Positions 1 to 11,800 of a stretch of DNA of 64,000 nt are shown here, piece by piece. Source of the DNA: Tubiluchus corallicola. Lineage: Eukaryota > Animalia > Priapulida. Each line of letters opens with the position of its first letter. Within the stretch, counting starts at the first letter, position 1. The stretch spans positions 1,674,001-1,738,000 of the forward strand of contig JAQGDQ010000002.1 in NCBI GenBank assembly GCA_030141605.1. Direction: 5' to 3'. The notes below the pieces were generated by a model. That model saw nothing but the letters and a program-made list of their open reading frames with translations. It did not search any database and was not told where the DNA came from. The translations under genes and the position numbers were made by a program.

Positions 1-285
1 AAACTGCTTTCAAAATTAACCAATTTTCAATTTAATAGAAGAGTGAGACTGAGATCATCACAAATTGCCTAACATCAGTCACACCTAGGCACAATTTTTT
101 TCAACAGAAAGCAATAATATCAGCAATATAGCAAATATGTCTGTAATACAAAGCCAGTGGCAATATGGATGGACCTTAAACTCAAAAATAACTTTGGTGC
201 CTTTAATGAATGGTCCAAAATAAGCCATTTTAAAACAATATGGGCATCCAGCATACATTTTGCTGGAAATATTTTATTTACTTAC

Positions 286-3200
286 CTAAAAGAAATGATT
301 GGCATTTCAGTGTAAAACTCTGATCGATCCACATGTCCTGACAGAGTAGAATTCAAGTGATAGTAATTCACTATGGAAGCTTCGGCGACATATTCGGGAT
401 ATCCCAACGAAGAAGCAACGAATCGTGACAACTTTGCCAAATCCTCCGGAAATGGTGAACGACAATTGGCAGAATAAATCTGAAAAGACAAAACATATTT
501 TTCACATAATATAGCGTGGATCACAAGTTGACAAATTAAAATGTTATTAATAACCACCACATCTAAAATTGTTTGCAGGTTAGATCTAGTTAGATAGACA
601 ATGAACAAAACTGATTATAAAAATAACATGTAATATAATACCCATCAAAACATTGACATTTTCTAAGTGAGTGACTGCAAATTGCAACTACTTGAGTAAT
701 CTAGGTAAAAAAGTTTTGTTACCAAATAGCAGCTGATACTAATATGTGCTCAGCGGTATTAACCTAATTCTTATGAATGTATTTGTTTTCCTGATTACAA
801 TCATCTCCTGCAATGAAACTTACCACAAAGATAATACAGAAAACCAAATTTCCCAAATTTCTTTTATAAATTTCAGAACACTGCAAGACGGTAAACAACA
901 TTAAAGCTAATTGAAGAAATTATCAAAAATAATCCTTTAAGATGACAATTAAACATTGTATTTTATCCCCATTTTCTTGTGCATCAGCACTACATGCTCC
1001 TTAAATGACACAAATAGTTGGAGGCAGTATGGTAGGTGAAAACTCACAGAAATGATATTCCTGCCAATCAGTCATTCACCTATTAACCAGATGATCCAGA
1101 TCTGGCACTACTTAACTTCAGCAGCCATGTCATGTTGCTAAGCATGGTCCATGACCATTCAGATGTTGGAGCATAAACCAACTTGACAGATTAAACAGAC
1201 ACATGCAAGAACATCAAAAGGAGTCACCAGAAAGATAGTAAAAAATGACTTCAGTCACTACTGCCTAATTTATGTCACTATTAAGTGCTATTAATTAGAA
1301 ATGTGCAGTATTTGAAGCTTTCAATGTTTTTATTATTCGAATAATAAAGTACTATTTGATTATTCTATTTATATTGTATTGATCAGTTACCAATGACCAC
1401 ATTCTGAATGCCACCCGCTTATTTGTAAAAGCAAAAAACCTTGGCACTGAGTTAACATTAATGTCTAAATTTAAAAAAATCTGTCGTCGTATGGCAGAAA
1501 AACAATTATCCCATTTTCAGCTCCATACCCACTGCAAGTCAGTAAACTTAATCATCTTTATGCATCAACAAGCTTAGTAATAAACATTTGAAAGTGCTTT
1601 AACGGATAACAGCTCATTTTGCTGAAGTTCATAGCGCAGTAATTAACGCTGTGATTCAGTCAGTACAACAGAAGGCACAAGTTTATCATTCCAGCTCAGC
1701 AAGGAGTGGTAACTCAACAGTTAACATAAATACACACAGTGATATAGTAACTGCTGCACGGGAGAATTATCTATTTCCATGAGAGCATGGAAGAAAATAC
1801 CTAGAATGAAATATTCATTTATTTGAATAAATTTTCCTGGAATATTCAGATAACAATTTATTTGAAATCCCCTCTCCCCACTATTAACTATAAATAATAA
1901 AAACTAAACGTCCCTGAAAAATAGCTAATACAATAAGAAAGGGAAAAGGAAATATGAGTAAGGCACTGCACAACCTAGAAAAATGACAAAAAGGTCGATT
2001 TGCACTTACCTTTGTATCCCAGTTATGATGATAACCAAAAGTCACCCATCTAAGTTTATCCATTAGATCTCTCTTGCTTGGCACATTTGCATTTCTAGTA
2101 TGAAAAATTGTGATTTTGTAAGCACAAAATTTTAAAAAAATGTGTTGCATTTATTACTGATCAATTTAATATTTGCTACAATCACACCACATAGTATGGA
2201 TTCAAATGCTTGTGTTTGTCACCAAAGAAAAGAAAGAATCACACTTTCAAAGGAGTCAGATCCCAGATGATAGAAAACTATTTATAATTTTTGAACAATT
2301 GCATCTAACTGATCTTCAAAAATCAATAAAAAATTAGATTGTTTAACAAAACAAAATACAATGGACTTTAAAAAGCAACAATTAATTTTGTGTGCCTGCA
2401 GATGTTTCTAAGCAATGACAGTGAACACTGCTTGCCAATGGAATGCATACAAAATTAGGTAAATCAATAACAAGGACAAAGTTAACTTAGTAATAATGAT
2501 TATTTCTGGCAGTAATACAGCACTTGCATACCAAACTTGATTGTCATATCTCTCATGGCCTCGTGAATTTCAAGAAAGAATGTGAAACATTTTGATGCGA
2601 ATATGTCTCCAATTTTGCAGCCTGATTAATCTTCGAGATCAAAGTCAAGGTCAAATGTATCACATGCCTTGCCCTTTTGAATCATAAACTTCCCTGCCAT
2701 AGCAAGTTCGTGAAAGAGACTTTAATCATTGACTTTGTTAATGCAACCACTGCAGCCTACATGAGTGTTGTGCTATGTAGAAAAGCAATCATCAGGATTG
2801 GCTTAAGTGTAGACAATGCTGAAAGAACATATTATAAACTCACACATAGTGACTATTCTTCCACAGATTATCTAAATACAGAGAAGTGACATATGTATCC
2901 AAGTTGGTAACATTGGGTTTGCTGGGATAATCAAGCAAACATCTTTTTACCCAGTATCTTTGTCCAGCAGGTAAAAATGGGTTTCTGATAAATATTAGAC
3001 CTGAAACACAAAATACAAATGGTGCAAAAATAATACTGTTGTACATTTGGACAACATTATATGTTCAAAAAATGACCCAATCAAAACAAGCCATCCAGCA
3101 GTAAAAAGCTACCTCAGTCGAAATGATAATTTAATCATTCAAACATTTCATGTTTTACAAAACAGGAATTAGATTGTAATCACCAAATGCAGTTTGAAGT

Positions 3201-5250
3201 TCCAAGAAGATTTAATAAAGCCTATGAATTATTCCTCTTTTTTGAAGAATCTTTTAGTTAATTAGTTTTTAATATAAGCAACCAAAAGTATGATGAACTT
3301 GTAATGTTAAGCCACATTCTTGACTAGTGTGCATACATAATTTTCAAAGATGAGAAACAACTCATTGGCGTAAATGCTTCAAAATGAAATAAGATACACG
3401 TGACACATGGTCCAAGTGACAACAAGTCCGGCCTTTCCGGGTATAGGTTTGACCATCCAACATGCACCAAGCATGGTACAAACTTGCAAAGTTTAAAGCA
3501 ACAACTATTTTCATATAATTTATTTATACAACTATTACAACGTACATGCAAATTTATACCGTATAGGATCACCTTAATGGCCTCACGCAGATGTATATGC
3601 TGACATAATTAAGCAAAAAGTTTCGACTTACCAGGATACTCTTTGATGGAAAATGCTTTCCATTCCTGAAATGGCAGTAAGTGATTGGCGAAGTCTGGTT
3701 CTACTTCTGTGTTGGATAAAGGAAACTTTTCTACCTAGAACGAATAAAAAAATAATGTAAGCTATTGTAGAGTTTGTAACTACATTCACCAGTTTTTTGT
3801 ACTTCTACTTCTACTTCTACTGGTTCTACTTCTGTGTTTTCATTGGATAAAGAAAACTTTTCTACCTAGAAGGAATAAAATAATAATGTAAGCTATTATA
3901 GTGTTAGTAAATACATTCACCAGTCTTTGTTTTCTGCATTCATGCTGACAAAACATTACATCAGTGGTTAGAGTAAAACAGAAATAAATATTATCACATT
4001 AGAAGTTAAGCAGTGTTTGAAGTTTGGTATTTGGCAAACTATGGCTGTATCACTGAAAAAGTATGTAATTTCATATACAGATACATATATAATTTTATAT
4101 ACTTCATGTATTGTATAGTACTGTATTGCCTAATATTAGCTAATTTTGCAAACTGCAATATACTTTTCCACCAAGCATATATATTTTACCCATCATTTTC
4201 GACAGTTAAATTTAGTGCTTTAATAGCCTTCCTTAATGCTTTCGAATGGCAGCATACTTGTACAGTATACTGGCCAGGCGTAGCACATAATATAACCATA
4301 TTGTTTTCATTAACGCAATGTTTTTAATTTTTGTAACCAATGTTTGCCAAAATATAATGAACTCAATTTATGCAAAATACTGTCCAAGATTAGTGACATC
4401 ACCAAAACTATGACACACATCAAACAACCAAAGAATGCATTCAGCAAACGGTCAAAGCAGCCCCCTTTTGAATTTCGGTCTGCAAGCTAGCTACGTACAA
4501 CAAAATGAAACCTTGACCCCAAACAACTCCAATCATAATAACATTAACAAACTTTGACAGGGGGGCATATTAACCAATAGACTAACTAGGCTAAAGCCTA
4601 GGGGCCAAAGTTTGAGGGCATCACATTTTAGAAAAAAATCTTATTCTTTTAATCTTATATGTGTACTTTCATATTCATGTAAAGAGCGTGTTTTGTAACA
4701 CACCACAGGCAGTTACCAAACACAGCTTCTATAATCTATATATAAGTGCCACATAACCAGCAAGTGCAAGGTATTACACTACAAGTAGTTGAGCAGTTTA
4801 CTTGGATATAAGCGGTATGCAAATACATGTAATTAATAATGACCACGTAGAAATTAGGTTAATACTGTTTTGAATACACCACAAGTAATTGTTTAAACTG
4901 CTCGTTACATAAACAACCATAAATTCACAATAGAGATGGGGGGACACAGGGACAGAGCTGCCACCCACCCTAGGCCGCTGGCGACGGTGAATTATGAATG
5001 ATAGACAAGCTCGACTAAAGTTACGCTCAATTTAAATAGGTCTATGTAAATCAAGTTCTTCAAATGAACTCACAGAAATTTTCAAAGAATGAGAATCTCG
5101 CTCACGAGTGCACTTAACTTTGAGATCTGCTACCTCAACAGCATTTTGCTCTAATCTATATTTCTTAAATTCTTTTTTGAACAAATCAATTTCAGAAGAG
5201 GCAAAATTATTAGTTTCTAACACACGGTTAACAATTTCGGAGGCTGCCAT
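286..5250 (-). CDS. ALKBH1: Nucleic acid dioxygenase ALKBH1 (AlkB family), exons 1-5; final exon lies left of the window
   Basis: Exons 5250-5074 (MAASEIV...DLFKKEFKKYR; donor gtgagt, alternative in-phase donor at 5118), 3734-3632 (...EWKAFSIKEYPG), 3000-2844 (LIFIRNPFLPAGQRYWVKRCL...PNVTNLD), 2094-2010 (KLRWVTFGYHHNWDTK), 479-286 (AEASIVNYYHLNSTLSGHVDRSE, containing the Fe-binding HxD). All introns are GT-AG and phases are consistent; motifs match ALKBH1. Confidence 0.95.
3694..3930. repeat. Tandem duplication (~110-130 bp unit) spanning the ALKBH1 exon-2 splice acceptor
   Basis: tggttctacttctgtg..ttggataaag.aaacttttctacctagaa.gaataaaa.aataatgtaagctatt..tacattcaccagt occurs at ~3694-3800 and ~3821-3930. 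Confidence 0.9.
4558..4990. mobile_element. Possible degraded non-autonomous DNA transposon (MITE) in ALKBH1 intron 1
   Basis: GC-rich ends in an AT-rich intron: CAGGGGGG...ttaaccaatagactaactagggctaaagcctagggg at the left and ...ccctaggccgctg at the right, resembling common hAT-type MITE termini. TSD not resolved. Confidence 0.3.
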
Positions 5251-5302
5251 TAGAAGCGATGCTTGCGTCCTCAAACGTTGGTTACAGTAATATTAAATAG
5301 CA
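5251..5302. promoter_or_regulatory. Bidirectional promoter/5' UTR interval between ALKBH1 and SLIRP
   Basis: Divergent ATGs at 5250 (-) and 5303 (+), separated by 52 bp. Confidence 0.75.
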
Positions 5303-7762
5303 ATGGCGGCTTCCAGTAGAAATGTGTTAAAAGCAGCTCGTGGTGTGCAACAGCTTTTTGTAGGCAATATCCCGTGGACAATAAGCAGAAGTTAGTCATT
5401 TATCAACTTATAATAAGTTAAACAGATATCGGTGTGTGTACTGTTATGAAGTTGTTCCAGTTTATAGTAATGGAAAATTATGTATTTTATAGAAAATGAA
5501 TAAATTATCCCTCTATTTTTAACTTCGTGTAACTTAATAATAATAATACAGTACATAATAGTACTTTACTTTAGCATATCTCTCGCAATGGATATGATGG
5601 GAACAGCCCTCTCTAAGAAATTGAGGAGGTTATAAACCTATAATAGCAGTGCTTATTTCCTTTTGGGGGTTGCTTCCTCAATTTTGGAATATTGCCACGA
5701 TGTCCCTTTGAAGGTCCAACTATAGAATTATCAGTTCCATTTGTCTGTCTGTCTCTCGACACTGTTTCTCTGCCCAGAATAATGTAGGAAATTAACATCT
5801 TGCACAGAGGTTGGGCATTGCTCAAGCTCGGAGTCATTAATTTTTGGATCAATCGGTGTAGGTACGAATTTTTTTTAAAGTCTTAAGAATCTGCATAGAA
5901 CCGTAATGATAAAAATAAAATATGCTTACTGCTTTAATAGCCTGTGCATGCCACGGCTATAGAAGTGTCTGTGTTCCATATATCAGTTTTTTGTTGCCAC
6001 TTTTCTTGGCTTTGGAATAATATAAGAAGTTGATGCGCCTTGGAGCTCTCTCTGTATTTGGATCTTTATTATGATGGCAGATGTCTTTCACAAAGATGTA
6101 ATATAATTTTAAGTGAAAATCACAGTGGCTGTCAATGACTCCATGCAGAAAGCATACTTTAATGTAGTCTCTATGTACGTTGTTTAATTTAAACCAGCAC
6201 AATGTGATGGTGGCTTCTGGTTTTTCACAACTTTCGAGTTTGTCTATATCTGAATTTAGATCTTCAGTTAACGCTTTAAACATTGTAACATGGACACATT
6301 TAAAGTTTTTGCCTTTAAAAATTAACCTTCTCGTTCTGTTAAAATTTAATTCTAACCTGAACTAAAACCGGGTACTGTATATAATTGTTGTTGTTGATTG
6401 TATGATTGAGGTGCATTAATGCATATATAGACTTTTTGTTTTGCCAAAAATTTGGGCTTTAAGCCAGGTTGGCACCATAAAGAGGGCATTATAACAAAGT
6501 TTGACCATAGATATCATTTTTATTAAATACAGAAAGCTTTCTTTAAACAGTTTTTAAATGTAAGTTGACCATTCACTCATAATTTTAATTAAAGTTAAAA
6601 GAATGTTGCATTAGAAAACCCAAATCCATAGTATCCTACACTTGTGATGCTGTATTAAATGGGTCCTGTCATACTTCTATAAGTATAATGAATCATAGAA
6701 TTTCTCTAAAAGTCTAAAATATCTGAGTCTCTTCAGTGGATGACATCATTTGCACTAAAGCTTATGTAGCTTTATGGCCTTGATTGATTGATACATGTAT
6801 TTTCTGCTACCTTTCTTTATTTTTTTAAGACTTGCAGTATTTCCATTTTTTGCAGAAGAGCTTCGGGAATACTTTTCACAGTTCGGTCATGTTGCAAGTT
6901 CACTAGTTGTATTTGTAAGTACTGGTAAAAACATTTTATGTGGTAACAATTGTTTAAAAAATTCTTATATCGTGTCTCATTAGTAATTGTATGTTTTCAG
7001 TTTTCGGAATGAATGTTCATTCTGCATGCATTCCTAAAGCAACAGAGAGGCTTTTATAATTATGAAGCTTTAGCACAGTACAAGATTATTCTAACTGCAA
7101 GACATTAATGATTATCCAATTTTGTCTTTCAGGATAAAAATACTGGCTTAAGTAAAGGCTATGGTTTCATACAATTTAGTACGAACGAAGGTTACACGAA
7201 AGCAACGTCTGCGCAAAACCATTATTTAGAAGGAAATCAGGTAAGCCAATGTTCGGAAGTTGGAATGTGCAAAAGACATCACACATTATGGTATCTTTGG
7301 CATGCTTAGAATATTTTGTTCGCAACTGCAAGCACTATGGTCATTTATCATTAATCATTGCGTGAATTTGTTGTAGATTAAATATTATTAATTACACTTG
7401 AGTAGTAATGCAAAAATGTCTCTAATACAGGTTGTATTGATATTACAGAGACCACGTTTTTATCTTATTTCCTGTATTTAGTTCAGCTTTATGCAAAAGT
7501 CTGCTTGCAAAGTGCAGTAACATTGTCTCCATACATGTGTATTTTGATAAGTCCACTTTTGAAAAAATAGTAAATGAAAGTGAATTAAATGTTCTGTCTG
7601 TATGTCTGAAGCGACTTTGTCTTTCTTCAGTTACATGTGAACCCCACGGCAGGAAGTCAAGCTACCGCGCCGACTTGGCACAAAGAGGCTCCAGAGTGGA
7701 AACAGCAACCGCGGAGGCGAGGCCAGCAAATACAAAAAGTAAATCTAGAAGAAGTGATGTGA
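5303..7762 (+). CDS. SLIRP: SRA stem-loop-interacting RNA-binding protein (mitochondrial single-RRM protein), 128 aa
   Basis: Exons 5303-5390 (MAASSRNVLKAARGVQQLFVGNIPWTISR; RNP2), 6856-6914 (KELREYFSQFGHVASSLVVF), 7133-7240 (DKNTGLSKGYGFIQF; RNP1), 7631-7762 (LHVNP...EEVM*). The basic N-terminus resembles a mitochondrial presequence; IPWT/FGHV/DKxTG motifs and position next to ALKBH1 fit SLIRP. Confidence 0.88.
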
Positions 7763-8848
7763 TAATGTGAAATTAGTTAGATGATAAATAGTTGTGTAAT
7801 GTTACACTAAAATTGTGTAATGTAAATTAGAAATGCATTATAGTGACAAAGACAGAAATAGAAACTGCCATTGTGTTGTAGGACTTGTAATGAAGCTACA
7901 GGACTTAACAAGTTATTATGGTGTTATGTGATGTTGCTTTGTAGTCAACTTTCATTTTGTCATAGGCCATTTGCTTCCAACAGAAAACCCACCGCACACC
8001 GGCAAAGGATAAACTGTGGTGTGGTTTGTTGAAATAACATGACTGTTGGTTTTGAGTAGCTCAGAAATACTTTTTTCTGTTTCTGTGAGAGATCTCATTC
8101 ACAACTGCATGAAAAATACCAACGAGTATTGGATAAATACTTTATAGTCACTTGCTGATTAGTATGATGGTCAATGTGTTCAAAGGAAATATTGTATAAT
8201 GCAACTTTTAACTTTTTATTTGCAGGAACTAAACTCAAAGTTGACACTAAATGCATAACACAATGTTCTCAATTTAAAAATACTTGTTGCCAAAGTATGT
8301 TGCGTAATTTTTTGTTGTTGACACATTCTTTAGTGAAAATTACTTCATACTATGACAAGCTAGAATAACTAATATATACAGTTTAGCTAGCAAAAAATTT
8401 CAACAATTTATTTCAATCTATAAAATGATTTTAGAGAGTTTATGTTGCTTTAGAACGTTGAAGTAAACATTTAATATGCATGTTTAGTTGTTTACCAGCT
8501 TAGTTTATGCCAAGAAAAATTTGTTGTACAGCAATATTCAAGTAAATGATTAAGCTAAATTGCTAAAACAATTCTAGTTTATTGTGGTACTGTATCACAA
8601 AAAAGTAAAAGGTCAGGAGGAAAGCGATGATTAAAGATCTAACTGAGGAATAATCTCACAATTTCAGGTATTTTGCTGCTACACCAACAACAGAATTTTT
8701 TCTCACAAGATCTATAGTTGTCAAACAGTATGGTAGAGTAAAAACACAGGTTTTTCCCCTAACAGTTTGTGACAATGTCTCATCAAGATAGATACAGTAC
8801 TCTAATCTGTTATTATCGTATGGTAACATTAACATAGCATCAAATATT

Positions 8849-11800
8849 TCAGTCACGTTTGCTGCGCTTTTCACGTGATCTGTCCTCTCCTTCTCCGGGA
8901 CGTTTGCTTGCTTTTTTAGCCTCCGTTAAAAATTTGTTTAGTCCAAAAGGATCCTCTTCCTCCTCAAATCGTTCAAATTGGACTGGACCTTCTCTGCGAG
9001 CTGAGCGGTCAGTGCCAGCAAATTCCTTGTCAGGGACAAATCTAGGAAAAAAGTTTTTAGTGAGTCAGAATAACTACTCATTTATCACGTACTGCTGGAA
9101 GAGCCAAGACATATACCACTTCTCACACTTAATTAAACAAATAAAGCATCTTTAATCTTGGTGGATCAACAGAATAATGGATGGCATCAAAATTTGGCAG
9201 TCAGAAATAGGTGAATCCTGTAATCAGCAAGTGCTTCACTTGTTTATACATTATTATTAGCTAGCTAATTGTGGACTACAGTGTACTGAAACCATGTTCT
9301 TCTCCTGACCAACCAGCAAGTGACTAATAAACCTAATCGGATCAAAATAAGTTATATGCTACTTGCACATCAGGATGATCAGCTGCTTAACATTTACACT
9401 GGGTGAAGACTTTCAGTATGGTATTATGCAATCTTACTGATGCAGAGATTATACGTGGATTGTCAGTTTAGCACGTGTACTAATTATTACACGTTAATTT
9501 TGTACAGTGGGTCTGATATGTAACTAACTAGGACCGATTCTAGCAAATAAACATTCTAAAAAATTAATGATTGCTTGTTTGAAAATGTTATTTTGCGACG
9601 GTATTATAAATAAGATGTTTGAATAAATTCAGCTACAGTTCAGTTTGAATAAAGTTACTTCATCTGGTGCCTTTTAAAAGTGAATAATAATAATATGTGA
9701 ATTAATATAAGCAGTAGTGAATAATGCCCCATTTCCAACATTTACAAAATTGAGCAACATTTTTCACAGTGCAGATGTGCATTTTTACAGAAATCTCTTC
9801 ATATGTAACTAATCAGTTGACTAAAGAAAGTGTGTATTATGACCTCAGATCGCTGTTTCAAAGACACACTTATGAAAATAAAAGTAACAAGATGATGGGA
9901 ACATCTGAAAGCTTACAAATATTGGTTTGGCGCATACCTGCTTGTGCTAATAAGTTTGTCAAGATCTTCTCCATAAATATCCTTGTCTACATTCTTTGTT
10001 GGCCTGTAGAGAGAGCCAGCCATGCCTTCTGTTGTCCTCCATGGTTTGTCGTAGACCGTGTATGATTCATCGTCACCAAAACCACTATCCATACCCTGTG
10101 CAAATGTAAATACAAAACTTTTACATTGCATTAAACTGCTTCTTTTAATGATTATTTGTTAATTTCTATTCAGATGTTACTGCAGAGTTACGTCGAATCA
10201 GTTAACTGTGTTAATATTTATTATTTACGCAATTTCATTTCAGTGTGCAATAAATAACTTGAATAGTATTTCTACAGTAATAATTCAAGTAATACTACAA
10301 AGTAATTATAAAAGCTACTACAAACCACATACCTTGCTCTGATTAAACAGTCTTTGGTCAAATTGTGTCTCACCACCACTTGTGCCAGCATTGGGAAGGC
10401 CAAGTGCAATTTTCTCTGTAATATTTCGATCACGTTGCCTTTCGAGCTTTGACCTAAAAAATATGCAATGTTTCAATTGCACATATATACATCTCATAAA
10501 TTTTTAGACACAAAAATTTCTGTGACTAAAACATTAATTAGACTAGGGATTAGTTTTTATGGAGAACAATTTTATAAAGAATACATTTGTTTTAATATGC
10601 ACTTCATAATTGAAATGCATAGCGATTTAATTTTTAGAATTTTTAGTATCTTCTTAATTTTTGTTTTTTATTTTCTTCATTTGTATCATGAAGAATTATT
10701 AAGTTAAATTGAAGATACTTAACTTCTTTACATGACAACTAACCTTTTATCTGGTGCAGCTCGAGCAATGTTTCGATCTCGTGCTCGCTCTTTGTGCCGC
10801 TCATGTCTAAGAGTATCTCTCTCTCTCGCTTCTTCATCTTTTTCTAAGAAAATAAAATTGCAATTAACAATTGTAATAAATGTGATAAACGAGTCCACAG
10901 CCCAGGCTGCATGTATTTGCAGCATTGTGTTTTTGTGTTCTCACAACTTAAAAAATTATCAGTTGCAAGCCATTCGACAGCAGTGTGCAGGTATGACGCA
11001 ATCTACATAAAAAACGATTTAGTACCTAGGCGAACTTAATATTCCATGCATTCTCACCTCCATGTTTGTCATGTCGTATTCCAGCTCTTTCCTCCCTTGC
11101 TTTTTGAGCCAAAGCTCTCAACCCTTCCTCCTTCTTTTCCTTCTCTTTCTGGGCAAGTTTTCTCTCTAGGGCAGCTCTCACTTCGACTGCTTCTCTTGCC
11201 TACAAGTGCAGCAGAACAACTACACAGGCAAACTTATAATGTGAGTGATGAATGAGAAAAAAAAAATTTTTAATTGTATAGCATACACAACTATCAAAAA
11301 TAAGCCTAAAAAGTAGAATTAGTTTCACTGATAGATGCAAAAAATTTCAAGTTGGTGTATTGCGAGGTCAGTAATATGAAAAGGAAGTCTTAAGCATCTT
11401 GCATAGTATGAACATGCTATTAAAATGAATAATCAACCATTCACCTTTATAATTAAATTCTTGAAGATACAGTAATTTGTTTATTTTACTACAAGTTACC
11501 TGATTTTAAACAAGCAAGATGAGGTATTGGTTTTATACTTTAATTTAGGAGGGCATCTTTAGTGAATAATGAACATCTTAACAACAAAAAATGAATCATC
11601 TCTTGAAAAGGTAGTTAAGATGAAAGAATTGACAGCATATTTTCAGATATAAAGCAACTGGCCTACATCACTAAAACCCAGAAGAAGATTTCAAAAACTA
11701 GCAATCAGCATTAAAGACCACTAACTTACAAGTCTTCCAGTTTTTATTAATAAATCAGTCAAATTGCACATTTACTTACAAATGTATATACGAAAGTGTT

